This document shows positions 54,956 to 63,421 of a stretch of 64,000 nt of DNA, piece by piece. The translations under genes were made by a program, and so were the position numbers. The stretch is from an uncultured Actinomycetes bacterium. GTDB lineage: Bacteria > Actinomycetota > Thermoleophilia > Gaiellales > Gaiellaceae. The first letter of the stretch is position 1; each line of letters starts with the position of its first letter. Where the stretch lies: NCBI GenBank assembly GCA_963717475.1, contig OY970337.1, positions 2,629,653 to 2,693,652 on the forward strand, read 5' to 3'. Under the pieces are notes generated by a model. It was not told the DNA's origin, ran no database searches, and saw only the letters and a program-made list of their open reading frames with translations.

Positions 54956-56260
54956 AGCGGGCTCTCCTGGCGATGACCGCGCTGGCGCTCGTCGCCCCGG
55001 CCTCGGCCTGGGCGCACGCGACGCTCGTCCAGACGAAGCCGGCGTTCGCGCAGCGGGTCGTGACCTCGCCCGGCCGGGTGCTGCTCCGCTTCGACCAGTC
55101 GGTCGAGGCGCTGCCGAACGCGATCACCGTCTACACGAGCAAGGGCCGCGTCGTCTCGGGCCAGACGAAGCCGAACGCCGATCCCCGGATCGTGACCGTG
55201 CCGCTGCAGAAGCTCGCGCGCGGCGGCTACACCGTCCGCTGGAGGGTGACCTCGGCCGACAGCCACACGGTCTCGGGCGTCTTCACGTTCGGGGTCAGGC
55301 ACCGCGCGCCGCCGGCGACCGAGGCCTTCGGATCCGCCGGGCCTGGGACGGCCGAGCACGTGGTGCGCTGGCTCTACTTCCTCGCGCTGGCGCTCGTCGC
55401 AGGGGGCCTCGGCTTCCGCCTGCTGATCGCGCGAGGGCCGCTGCCGCCGGCCGCGGAGCGGCGCTTCTACCGGCTCGCAGGGCTCGGCGCGGTCGGCGCG
55501 ATCGAGGTCGGGGTCGTCGCCTTCCTGCTCCGCGCCGAGGACGCTCTCCAGCTGCCGTTCGGGAACTTCCTCTACGGCGACCTCTCGCCGCTCGCGAAGA
55601 TGCGCTTCGGGGTCGCTTTCGTCGCGATGACGCTGGGGTTCGTGCTGGTGAGCGCGCTCATGTTCCTCGCGTGGCTGACCGACCGGCCCGTGCTGCTCTG
55701 GCCCGCCTTCGTGGTCTCGGTGGTGTTCGCCTCCGGGCTCTCGCTCTCGGGCCATTCGGCGAGCGACGCCGGTCATTCCTGGCTCTCGGAGCTCGCGGAC
55801 TGGGCGCACCTGTCCGCGGCGGCGCTCTGGGTCGGGGGGCTCGTGCAGCTCGCGTTCGTGGTCTGGCCGCTCGCGCCGGAGCTGCGGCGCGACGCGTTCC
55901 TGCGCTTCTCGAGGCTCGCGACGGTGCTGATCGCCGTCCTGCTCGACGGCCGGGATCTACCTGAGCGTCCTGCGGCTGCCGCGCGTCTCGGACCTCTGGA
56001 CGGCCGGCTACGGCCAGGTGCTGCTCGTGAAGCTCGGGCTCGTCTCGGTCGCCCTGCTCTGGGGCGCGGCGCACCACTTCGTCGTGCGGCCGGCGCTCGA
56101 GCGAGGCGCGCCGCTCTTCGCCGGGCTGCCGCGGAGCCTCATCGGCGAGAGCGCGGTCGGGATGGCGATCCTGCTCGTCGCCGCGGTCCTGGTGGAGTCG
56201 AATCCGCCGCCGCGGCCGCCGACCGCACCGCCGGTCGCGCTACACGCCCCGGCGCCGTAG
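54952..56260 (+). pseudogene. CopC-CopD fusion copper resistance/import protein (YcnJ-like), broken by an apparent +1 insertion near 55945
   Basis: GTG 54952. The signal is ALLAMTALALVAPASAWA followed by mature HATLVQTKP.. The CopC domain is ..YTVRWRVTSADSHTVSGVFTFGV. The CopD helices are ..SLSGHSASDAG..WAHLSAAALWVGGLV..RFSRLATVLIAVLL, then garbage. The next frame continues TAGIYLSVLRLPRVSDLWTAGYGQVLLVKLGLVSVALLWGAAHHFVVRP.. to a stop at 56260. Junction: ctg ctc G acg gcc ggg. Confidence 0.8.
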
Positions 56261-57142
56261 CGCGAGCACGTCGGCGACGAACGTTTTCGTCCCCGCGTGC
56301 ACGCCGTCGCGCCGCACGGAGGCCGGGCCCTGGTACCACGCCGCGAGCGCGAGCGACTCGTTGCCGTGGAACTCACGCAACACCTCCCGGAGGAAGACGA
56401 CGCCGATCCGGATCCCGCCCGACACGGTCCAGGGCACGTGCTTGCGAAGGAGCACCGTCTCGACGTACGCCTTCGTGCTCGGGAGCACCTGCATCACGCC
56501 GCGTGCGCCGGAAGGCGAGACGAGCCCCGGCTGGTTGCCGGACTCCATCCACGCGATCGCGCGCACGAGGCCCGGGTCGACGCGGTAGACGGCCGCCCAG
56601 TGCTGCAGCAGGCCGCGCACGCCGGTGGGCGCCGGTCCCGCCACGGCCTTGCCGATCGACAGCTCCGGGCGGCCGCGCGCGAGGGCGCTCAGCGTGTGCG
56701 GTCCCGCGATCCCGTCGACCGCGAGCCGGCGGGAGCGCTGGTATCGGCGCAGGGCCTTCGCCGTGGCGGCGTCGAAGTAGCCGTCGACGGGCACGAGCAG
56801 CCCGCGCCGCGCGAGCAGGAACTGGAGCACGGAGACGTCCCAGCCGAACCTGCCGACGCGTAGCGTCCGCCTCCCGAAGAGCGGCGCACCGAGCGGCCCG
56901 AGCGCGCGGCGTGTCTTCGGCCCCGGGAGCCCGTCCACGAAGATGCCGGTCCGGCGCTGAAAGGCCTTCGTCGCGCGGACCGTCATAGGGCCGGCGATCG
57001 CGTCGATCGAGCCGTTGTAGAGCCCGTACGCGCGCAGGGCGACCTGGAGCCCCGCGATCTGGGGGTTCGAGGCATGCGCGGCCGCCGCGAACGTGAATGC
57101 CATCAGCGACGCCGCGCAGAGGGCGGCGGCTCTGCGGGTCAC
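56240..57142 (-). CDS. Secreted peptidoglycan-binding (2x PG_binding_1) + lytic transglycosylase (SLT) domain protein
   Basis: 300 aa. Signal AALCAASLMAFTFAAAAHA. PG-binding repeats are ..LQVALRAYGLYNGSIDAIAGPMTVRATKAFQR.. and ..VLQFLLARRG..DGYFDAATAKALRRYQ.. SLT motifs are AIAWMESGNQPG..GARGVMQV..AAWYQG. Confidence 0.8.
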   Translation of the reverse strand: MTRRAAALCAASLMAFTFAAAAHASNPQIAGLQVALRAYGLYNGSIDAIAGPMTVRATKAFQRRTGIFVDGLPGPKTRRALGPLGAPLFGRRTLRVGRFGWDVSVLQFLLARRGLLVPVDGYFDAATAKALRRYQRSRRLAVDGIAGPHTLSALARGRPELSIGKAVAGPAPTGVRGLLQHWAAVYRVDPGLVRAIAWMESGNQPGLVSPSGARGVMQVLPSTKAYVETVLLRKHVPWTVSGGIRIGVVFLREVLREFHGNESLALAAWYQGPASVRRDGVHAGTKTFVADVLALRRRGV

Positions 57143-57192
57143 GAGCGGACCCCGTTCGCGAACGGCGCCGCGTTTCCTCTAACGTCGAGCCC

Positions 57193-58224
57193 GTGCGCTG
57201 GGCGATCTCAGGCGGCGCAGGCTTCCTCGGCCTGCACCTCGCGCGGCGGCTCGTCGCCGACGGCCACGAGGTGCGCACGCTCGACGTCGCGCCGCTCGAC
57301 GATCCCGACCTCGAGCGCGACGTCGAAGAGCTGCGCGGCGACGTTCGAGATCCGTCAGCCGCCGCCCGGCTCGTCGAGGGCGCCGACGTGCTCGTCCACG
57401 CGGCAGCCGCCCTGCCGATCCAGGCCTCGCGCGAGTCGATCCGCTCCGTGAACGTGGACGGCGCCGCAGTCACGCTGGTCGCGGCGCTCGAGGCGGGAGT
57501 CCGCCGCGCCGTCCTGATCTCCTCGACCGCGGTCTACGGCGTCCCGAAGCACCACCCGCTGCGCGAGGACGCGCCGCTCGTCGGGGTCGGCCACTACGGC
57601 GAGTCGAAGATCGAGGCCGAGCGCGTGGCGCGGCGGGTCGCCCGCCGCGGGCTCGAGGTCGTCGTCCTGCGCCCGAAGACCTTCGTCGGCCCGGAGCGCC
57701 TCGGCGTCTTCGAGATCCTGTTCGACTGGATTCGCGAGGGCCGGCGCATACCGATCCTCGGCGACGGCTCGAACCGCTACCAGCTGCTCGCGGTCGAGGA
57801 CCTCGTCGACGCGACCGTGAGCGCGGCGGAGGCCGACGTCGCCGGCGAGACCTTCAATATTGGCGCCGCCGAGTTCGGCACCGTCCGCTCCGATCTCGAA
57901 GGGCTGATCGCGCACGCGGGCTCCGGGAGCCGGCTGCGGCCGGTTCCTGCGAAGCCGGCCGAGCTCGCGCTGCGGACGCTCGAGGTGGCGCGGCTCTCAC
58001 CGCTCGCCGAGTGGCATTACCGCACCGCGCACCGCGACTCGTACGTCGACATCTCCAAGGCGCAGCGCGAGCTCGGCTACGCCCCGCGGCTCTCGAACGA
58101 GCGGGCGCTCTGCGAGACCTACGACTGGTACCTGGCCCACCGCGAGGAGCTGCGCGCGGCGGGCGTCACGCACAGGGTCCCGTGGGACCAGCGCGCGCTC
58201 GGTCTGCTGAAGAAAGTCTCCTAG
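57193..58224 (+). CDS. NAD-dependent epimerase/dehydratase family protein
   Basis: GTG 57193. VRWAISGGAGFLGLHLARRLVADGHEV..; YGESKIEAE (YxxxK). Confidence 0.75.
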   Translation: MRWAISGGAGFLGLHLARRLVADGHEVRTLDVAPLDDPDLERDVEELRGDVRDPSAAARLVEGADVLVHAAAALPIQASRESIRSVNVDGAAVTLVAALEAGVRRAVLISSTAVYGVPKHHPLREDAPLVGVGHYGESKIEAERVARRVARRGLEVVVLRPKTFVGPERLGVFEILFDWIREGRRIPILGDGSNRYQLLAVEDLVDATVSAAEADVAGETFNIGAAEFGTVRSDLEGLIAHAGSGSRLRPVPAKPAELALRTLEVARLSPLAEWHYRTAHRDSYVDISKAQRELGYAPRLSNERALCETYDWYLAHREELRAAGVTHRVPWDQRALGLLKKVS

Positions 58225-59969
58225 TCGCCGTCGCCGGAGTCGGCGAAGATCTTCCACCACGGCGCGTCGCTCCAGGAGACGTCCGACCAGGAGACATCGC
58301 TCCACGAGACGTCGCTCCAGGAGACATCCGACCACGAGACTGCGCTCCAGGAGACGAGCGACCACGCCGCGCCGGCCCAGCCGTCGCTCCAGGAGACGTC
58401 GTTCCAGGTGCGCGAGGCCTTCGCCTCCGCAAGCCAGGCCGCGTCGTCGAAGATCACGCCGTCGCCCGTCGGGTCGGCGACCAGGAAGCGGTCGAGCCCG
58501 CGGTTGGGGTTCGGCGGAACAGCGACCCCGACCGCCGCGGGAGCGGAGACCTCGCCGACGCCCGCGGCGAAGTTGCGCACCTTGCGCAGCGTCTGCGCGC
58601 TCAGCATCAGGGCGCCCTTGACCTGGTCCGGGCTCAGGTTCGGGCGCAATGCGAGCAGGTCGGAGACGATGCCGGAGACGATCGGCGCCGAGAGCGAGGT
58701 GCCCGACAGCGTCATGTACGTGCCGTCCGGGCCGTCGACGAGCTTGCCCTTGAGCGTCGGGTCGGTCGCCAGCGTGGAGCCGCTCGGGACCGGGCCCGTG
58801 ATCGTGCGGCCCGGCGCGCTCAGCTCGGGCTTCGCGAAGCCGTCGTACGTGAAGCCCCAGGCCGACCAGTTGGGCACGTCGGCGCGCTCGGTATTCGTCG
58901 AGTTGTGCACGTCGAGCGCTCCGACCGTGATCACGAACGGGTCGTTGGCAGGCGCATAGCCCATCCGCACCGACTTGCCGCCGTTGCCGTAGTTCCCTGC
59001 CGACGTGACGACGACCACTCCGGAGAGCCAGAGCTTCTCGACCGCCTTGTCGAGCGGGTCCCAGCGGAAGCTCGACGCGGTTCCGGAATGGAGCGAGAGG
59101 TTGGCCACGCGGATGCCGTACTGCTCGTGGTTCTGGAGGATCCACTGCGCCGCGCGAATGACGTCGCTCGTCTTCGCCATTCCCTGGTCGTCCATGACGT
59201 CGAGGGAGACGATCCCGGCAGTCGGGGCGGCGCCGGTGTAGCTGGGCGACGAGCCGGCCGCCAGCCCGGCCACGAGCGTGCCGTGCCCGAAGCCGTCGCC
59301 CGGTGAGTTGTTCGGAAGCGTCGTCAGGTCGACCTGCGCGAGCACGCGGTCGCCGAAATCGCTGCGGTCGGCCTCGATGCCCGAATCGATGAAGGCGATC
59401 GCCGGGGCGGGGCCGTCGACATGCGGGCCGCTGCCGCACCGGTTCCTCTGCCGGCAGTCTCCCGGCCAGAGCTGGTCGACCCCGACCGCCTTCGTCCAGA
59501 CCTGGTCGGAGCCGTACTGCGCGTTGTTGCGCCGCGCGTCGAGGACGACGGGGTTGTCGGGCGTGATCACGAGCCCCGGCTGGTCGGCGAGCTGCGTCAG
59601 GTCCTGCGCCTGCACGACGCCGGCCGCGGCGTCGACGATGCCGAGAGGCCGGGAAGAGTCGCCGAGCTGGTCGAGCGCGCTCTGCGCGTCCCCCGCGCCG
59701 TCGGCGCTCTGGACGATCACGTGGACCGAGGCGTTCGGCGTCTCCGCCGCGGCGCGCTCGAGGGACGGCGCGACGTAGCTCCTCGCTCCGTGCTCCCTGC
59801 TGCCGCGGGCGCCGGCTGCGAAAGGAGCGGCGAGCGCCAGGAGCAGGAGCACCACGAAGCCGCGCCTGAGGGAGCTGCGCCGGCCGTCCGAGCCCCGGCC
59901 TCCTCTGCGCGCGCCCCAGAGACCGCTTGCGCGCGACTCGCCCCCGGTTCCGCCCTTTTGCTCCTGCAA
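58221..59969 (-). CDS. Secreted subtilisin-like (S8) serine peptidase with C-terminal (V/L)SWS(D/A) pentapeptide repeat tail
   Basis: Catalytic triad contexts are AFIDSGIE (Asp), GHGTLVAGLAAG (His) and LSGTSLSAPIVSG (Ser). The signal is FVVLLLLALAAPFAAGA. The start is provisionally TTG 59969 (GGGGAAGGGGAA SD); the ORF-track start at 60182 is unlikely. Confidence 0.8.
   Translation of the reverse strand: MQEQKGGTGGESRASGLWGARRGGRGSDGRRSSLRRGFVVLLLLALAAPFAAGARGSREHGARSYVAPSLERAAAETPNASVHVIVQSADGAGDAQSALDQLGDSSRPLGIVDAAAGVVQAQDLTQLADQPGLVITPDNPVVLDARRNNAQYGSDQVWTKAVGVDQLWPGDCRQRNRCGSGPHVDGPAPAIAFIDSGIEADRSDFGDRVLAQVDLTTLPNNSPGDGFGHGTLVAGLAAGSSPSYTGAAPTAGIVSLDVMDDQGMAKTSDVIRAAQWILQNHEQYGIRVANLSLHSGTASSFRWDPLDKAVEKLWLSGVVVVTSAGNYGNGGKSVRMGYAPANDPFVITVGALDVHNSTNTERADVPNWSAWGFTYDGFAKPELSAPGRTITGPVPSGSTLATDPTLKGKLVDGPDGTYMTLSGTSLSAPIVSGIVSDLLALRPNLSPDQVKGALMLSAQTLRKVRNFAAGVGEVSAPAAVGVAVPPNPNRGLDRFLVADPTGDGVIFDDAAWLAEAKASRTWNDVSWSDGWAGAAWSLVSWSAVSWSDVSWSDVSWSDVSWSDVSWSDAPWWKIFADSGDGD
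58266..58400. repeat. Tandem 15-nt coding repeat (about 6 good units plus degenerate units) encoding VSWSD pentapeptides
   Basis: Plus-strand units are gtcgctccaggagac / gtccgaccaggagac / atcgctccacgagac / gtcgctccaggagac / atccgaccacgagac / tgcgctccaggagac. The protein reads ..WSLVSWSAVSWSDVSWSDVSWSDVSWSDVSWSDAPWW. Confidence 0.85.
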
Positions 59970-60113
59970 CCGATTCCCCTTCCCCGTGTCTCGGTGCGTT
60001 GCGCCGTTCAGAACTGCGCAGAACCTAGGCCGAAGGAGGAGTCGGCCCATCACCCTGATAGGGGATTCGCCGCCCGATTCACTCGATCGAGGGATCAGGA
60101 ATACTCGCTGCCC

Positions 60114-61250
60114 GTGCGCGACCTGCTCGACTACCGCGACGGCTTTCCGATCCTCGCGGAGACGACGTACCTGATCAACCACTCGCTCGGCGCGATGCCT
60201 GCCGAGGCCGAACAGCGGCTACTGGCCTATGCGCATGCCTGGAAGACACGCGGCGTGCTCGCCTGGGAGGAGGGCTGGTGGGAGCTCCCGCTCACGGTCG
60301 GCGACCAGATCGGGCGCCTGATCGGAGCGCCCGCCGGAAGCGTCTCGATGCACCAGAACGTGACGATTGCCGAAGCGGTCGTTCTCTCCTGCTTCGCGTT
60401 CGACGGCGCTCGTCGGCGCGTCGTCTACGAGGAAGGCAACTTTCCCTCGGTTCGCTATCTGTACCAGGCTGCCCGCGGCGCCGAGATCGTCGTCGCGCCG
60501 GACGACGAGGGCGTGGTGGAGGCGATCGACGAGCGCACCCTGCTCGTGCCGGTCACGCACGTTCTCTTCCGGACCGGGGGGATCCAGGACGTCGAGGCGA
60601 TCGTCGCCCGGGCGCACGAGGCGGGCGCTCTGGTCGTGCTCGACGCCTACCAGTCGGTCGGCACGGTTCCGCTGGACGTGACCGCGCTCGGAGTCGACTT
60701 CGCCGTCGGCGGGTCGGTCAAGTGGCTCTGCGGCGGGCCGGGGGCGGCGTGGCTCTACGTGCGGCCCGATCTGGCGCAGACCCTCGAGCCGGCCCTGACC
60801 GGCTGGCACGCGCACGCGCGGCCCTTCGCATTCGAGCCCGAGCACGAGTACGCGGAAGGAGCCTGGCGCTTCCTGACCGGGACGCCGAACGTGCCGGCGC
60901 TGTACGCGGCCACCGCCGGCTACGACGTGATCGAGGAGGTCGGCGTCGAGCGAATCCGCGCGCGCTCGCTCGAGCAGACGACTCTGCTCATCCGGCTCCT
61001 GGAGGAGGCCGGCCTCGAGATCGTCAGCCCACGCGAGCCTGCGGAGCGCGGCGGCACCGTGGTCGTCCGCGTCTCGGATCCCGACGGCGTCTGCGCGGAG
61101 CTCGCGGCGCGGGGAACCATCTGCGACAGCCGGCCCGAGGTCGGCCTGCGGCTCGGCCCGCACTTCTTCAACACCGACGACGAGCTGCGCTTCGCGGTCG
61201 AGCAGATCGCCGAATTAGCGAGGAGTAGGATCGCCGGGACCCCGAGTTAG
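60114..61250 (+). CDS. Kynureninase-like / class V aminotransferase-fold PLP enzyme
   Basis: ..TYLINHSLGAMPAEAEQRL..AWEEGWWELP..VLFRTGGIQDV..VLDAYQSVGTVPLDV..DFAVGGSVKWLCGGPG.. (the PLP-Lys context resembles the S-x-K-W of kynureninases). Start is GTG 60114 and uncertain. Confidence 0.6.
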   Translation: MRDLLDYRDGFPILAETTYLINHSLGAMPAEAEQRLLAYAHAWKTRGVLAWEEGWWELPLTVGDQIGRLIGAPAGSVSMHQNVTIAEAVVLSCFAFDGARRRVVYEEGNFPSVRYLYQAARGAEIVVAPDDEGVVEAIDERTLLVPVTHVLFRTGGIQDVEAIVARAHEAGALVVLDAYQSVGTVPLDVTALGVDFAVGGSVKWLCGGPGAAWLYVRPDLAQTLEPALTGWHAHARPFAFEPEHEYAEGAWRFLTGTPNVPALYAATAGYDVIEEVGVERIRARSLEQTTLLIRLLEEAGLEIVSPREPAERGGTVVVRVSDPDGVCAELAARGTICDSRPEVGLRLGPHFFNTDDELRFAVEQIAELARSRIAGTPS

Positions 61251-61260
61251 GAGGACCGGA

Positions 61261-61563
61261 ATGGCGAAGTACGTGGCGCTGACCGTGCGCAAGCTCAAGC
61301 CCGGCACCTACGACGACTGGCGCAAGGCGTGGGAGGGTGACCGCTCTGACTTTCCCGAGGGAGCGCACGCCTACGTGTGCAGGAACATGAAGGACGCCGA
61401 CGAGATCGTCGCGTTCGGGATGCTCGAGACCGACGACATCAGCCAGATGGGCTCGGACGAGATGCGCCAGGCCCAGGACGAGCGCGCGCAGGCGATGGCG
61501 CCGTACGTCGAGTCCGTCGGCGCGGACGCTGTCTACGAGGTCATCGACGAGGTCAGCAACTGA
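61261..61563 (+). CDS. Hypothetical 100-aa protein (possibly ABM/ferredoxin-like fold)
   Basis: MAKYVALTVRKLKPGTYDDWRKAWEG..VAFGMLETDD.. SD GGAGGA lies upstream. No confident family. Confidence 0.45.
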   Translation: MAKYVALTVRKLKPGTYDDWRKAWEGDRSDFPEGAHAYVCRNMKDADEIVAFGMLETDDISQMGSDEMRQAQDERAQAMAPYVESVGADAVYEVIDEVSN

Positions 61564-62207
61564 AGTAGACGCTCCGCGTAGGCCGGGCCGGTCGGCTCGT
61601 CCTCGTGCTTGAAGTAGCAGAAGACGCGAACGCCCTCGTCGAGCAGCGGCCGTAGCCGCTGCGCCAAGCCGGCGAGGGCGGCCTCGTCATACGGCGGGTC
61701 GCGGAAGCGCAGGTAGCGGAACCGCGCGCTCGCCTCGAGCTCGTTCACACGCACGGCGTTGTCCGGCAGCTCCGCCTCGACGCCCTCCCACGAGCCGTGC
61801 CGGAAGTCGAACGCGAGCTCCACGTCCGGGTCGAACGACCCGAGCACGAGGGTGAGCAGGCCCTGGTCGAGTGCCGAGCCGACGAGCACCCGGATCGGGC
61901 CGAGGCGGTCGCCGAGGAGCGAGACACGCTCCGCGAAGGTGGCGGCGTCTACGCGCCGGTGGGCGTTCAGCTTCGGCGCGAAGCGGAAGCCCGGAGGCAC
62001 CTGCGCCGCCCAGCGGGAGAACTGCTCTTCGGCGGGCAAGCGGTAGCCGGTCGTGTTCAGCTCGACCGACTGGAAACGCTCAGCGTAGAAGCCGAGGAAG
62101 TCGCGCGGCTGCGTTCCTGCCGGGTAGAAGCCGGGCCGCCAGGTCGGGTAGGACCAGCCGGAGGTGCCGACATACAGCCCCGGTACACTCGCCGCCGTGG
62201 CCGTCAT
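61533..62207 (-). CDS. DUF72 domain protein
   Basis: ATG 62207. MTATAASVPGLYVGTSGWSYPTWRPGFYP..FLGFYAERFQSVELNTTGYRLP..FRFAPKL..FCYFKHED are typical DUF72 motifs. Confidence 0.75.
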   Translation of the reverse strand: MTATAASVPGLYVGTSGWSYPTWRPGFYPAGTQPRDFLGFYAERFQSVELNTTGYRLPAEEQFSRWAAQVPPGFRFAPKLNAHRRVDAATFAERVSLLGDRLGPIRVLVGSALDQGLLTLVLGSFDPDVELAFDFRHGSWEGVEAELPDNAVRVNELEASARFRYLRFRDPPYDEAALAGLAQRLRPLLDEGVRVFCYFKHEDEPTGPAYAERLLQLLTSSMTS

Positions 62208-62904
62208 GCCCGAAGTGATACCCGAGAACACGATCCACGTTCTCGACCACGGGTTCGTGCGGCTCGACGACGCGATGGCGGACGACCTCTCCGTGGTCAA
62301 CGGCGCGCGCGTCAGCTTCGCGCGGCGCAAGGAGGAGATGGACGAGTCCGACGAGGGCCTGATCCGCTTTCTCATGCGCGACCGCCACGGGACGCCCTTC
62401 GAGCACAACTCGTTCCGGTTCCACATCCGCTGTCCGCTGTTCGTCGCGCGCGAATGGATGCGTCACCGGGTGGGTTCTTTCAACGAGTTCAGCCTCCGCT
62501 ACGCGAAGGCGACCGACGACTTCTACGTGCCGGCGCCCGAGGACGTGCGCAGCCAGGTGGGCAAGCCGGGCGCGTACTCCTTCGAGCCGGTCTCGGACGA
62601 GGTCGCCGAGGCCACGCGCGCGAAGCTGCAGGCGGTCTACGAGACGGCGTACCTGGCCTACGAGCAGCTCGTCGAGCTGGGAGTCGCGCGCGAGCTGGCC
62701 CGATGCGCGCTGCCCGTCGGGGCCTACACCGAGTTCTACTGGACGATCAATGCGCGCTCGCTGATGAACTTCCTCTCGCTCCGCAACGCGGAGACCGCGC
62801 AGCGCGAGATCCGGCGCTACGCCGAGGCGTGCGAGCGCTTCCTCGAGCAGCACATGCCCGTCACGTACGAGGCGTTCGTCGCCAACGGGCGCGTCGCGCC
62901 CTAG
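62206..62904 (+). CDS. thyX: FAD-dependent thymidylate synthase
   Basis: ATG 62206. MPEVIPENTIHVLDHGFVRLDD..VVNGARVSF..RHGTPFEH..; ThyX motif RHRVGSFNEFSLRY; ..WTINARSLMNFLSLR. Confidence 0.85.
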   Translation: MPEVIPENTIHVLDHGFVRLDDAMADDLSVVNGARVSFARRKEEMDESDEGLIRFLMRDRHGTPFEHNSFRFHIRCPLFVAREWMRHRVGSFNEFSLRYAKATDDFYVPAPEDVRSQVGKPGAYSFEPVSDEVAEATRAKLQAVYETAYLAYEQLVELGVARELARCALPVGAYTEFYWTINARSLMNFLSLRNAETAQREIRRYAEACERFLEQHMPVTYEAFVANGRVAP

Positions 62905-62908
62905 CGGG

Positions 62909-63421
62909 CTGCGCGCAGTCGTTCTCGTCGAGGGCACCAGCGACCGCGTGGCCGTGGAGGCGCTCGCGCGGCGGCGCGGCCGTGACCTCGAGGCCGAGGG
63001 GGTGGCGATCGTACCGATGGGCGGCTACGGGAACCTGCCGCGCGTCCTCGAGGAGTATCGCGACGTTCGTCTCGCCGGCCTCTACGACGTCGGGGAAGAG
63101 CGGCATTTCCTGCGCGCGCTCGGATGCCGCGACCGGGAGGAGCTCGAGCGCGCCGGGTTCTTCGCCTGCGCGCGCGACCTCGAGGACGAGCTGACGCGGG
63201 CGGTCGGGCCGGCCGGCATGGAGCGCGTGCTGGCCGAGCAGGGCGACCTCCGCGCGTTCCGGACGTACCAGAAGCAGCCCGCGCACCGGGCCGAGGCGCT
63301 CGAGGAGCAGCTGCACGGCTTCATGTGGAACCGCAAGCAGAAGTACGCCGAGCTACTCGTGGATGCGCTCGAGCTCGACCGGATGCCCCGGCCCCTCGAC
63401 CGCGTCCTCGCCTACGTCTAG
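62909..63421 (+). CDS. Small stand-alone Toprim (OLD-nuclease-type) domain protein; apparent CTG start
   Basis: LRAVVLVEGTSDRVAVEALARRRGRDLEAEGVAIVPMGG..FFACARDLEDELTRAVG..FRTYQKQPAHR..KYAELLVDALELDRMPRPLDRVL. The catalytic-Glu segment (VLVEG) lies upstream of the listed GTG 62948, and no ATG/GTG/TTG is available in frame. Confidence 0.6.
   Translation: MRAVVLVEGTSDRVAVEALARRRGRDLEAEGVAIVPMGGYGNLPRVLEEYRDVRLAGLYDVGEERHFLRALGCRDREELERAGFFACARDLEDELTRAVGPAGMERVLAEQGDLRAFRTYQKQPAHRAEALEEQLHGFMWNRKQKYAELLVDALELDRMPRPLDRVLAYV

Noticed and set aside
58266-58400. Regularly spaced short repeats that might suggest a CRISPR array
   Set aside because: The units are contiguous 15-nt tandem repeats without spacers. 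They are in frame inside the S8 protease gene and encode VSWSD. They are not CRISPR.
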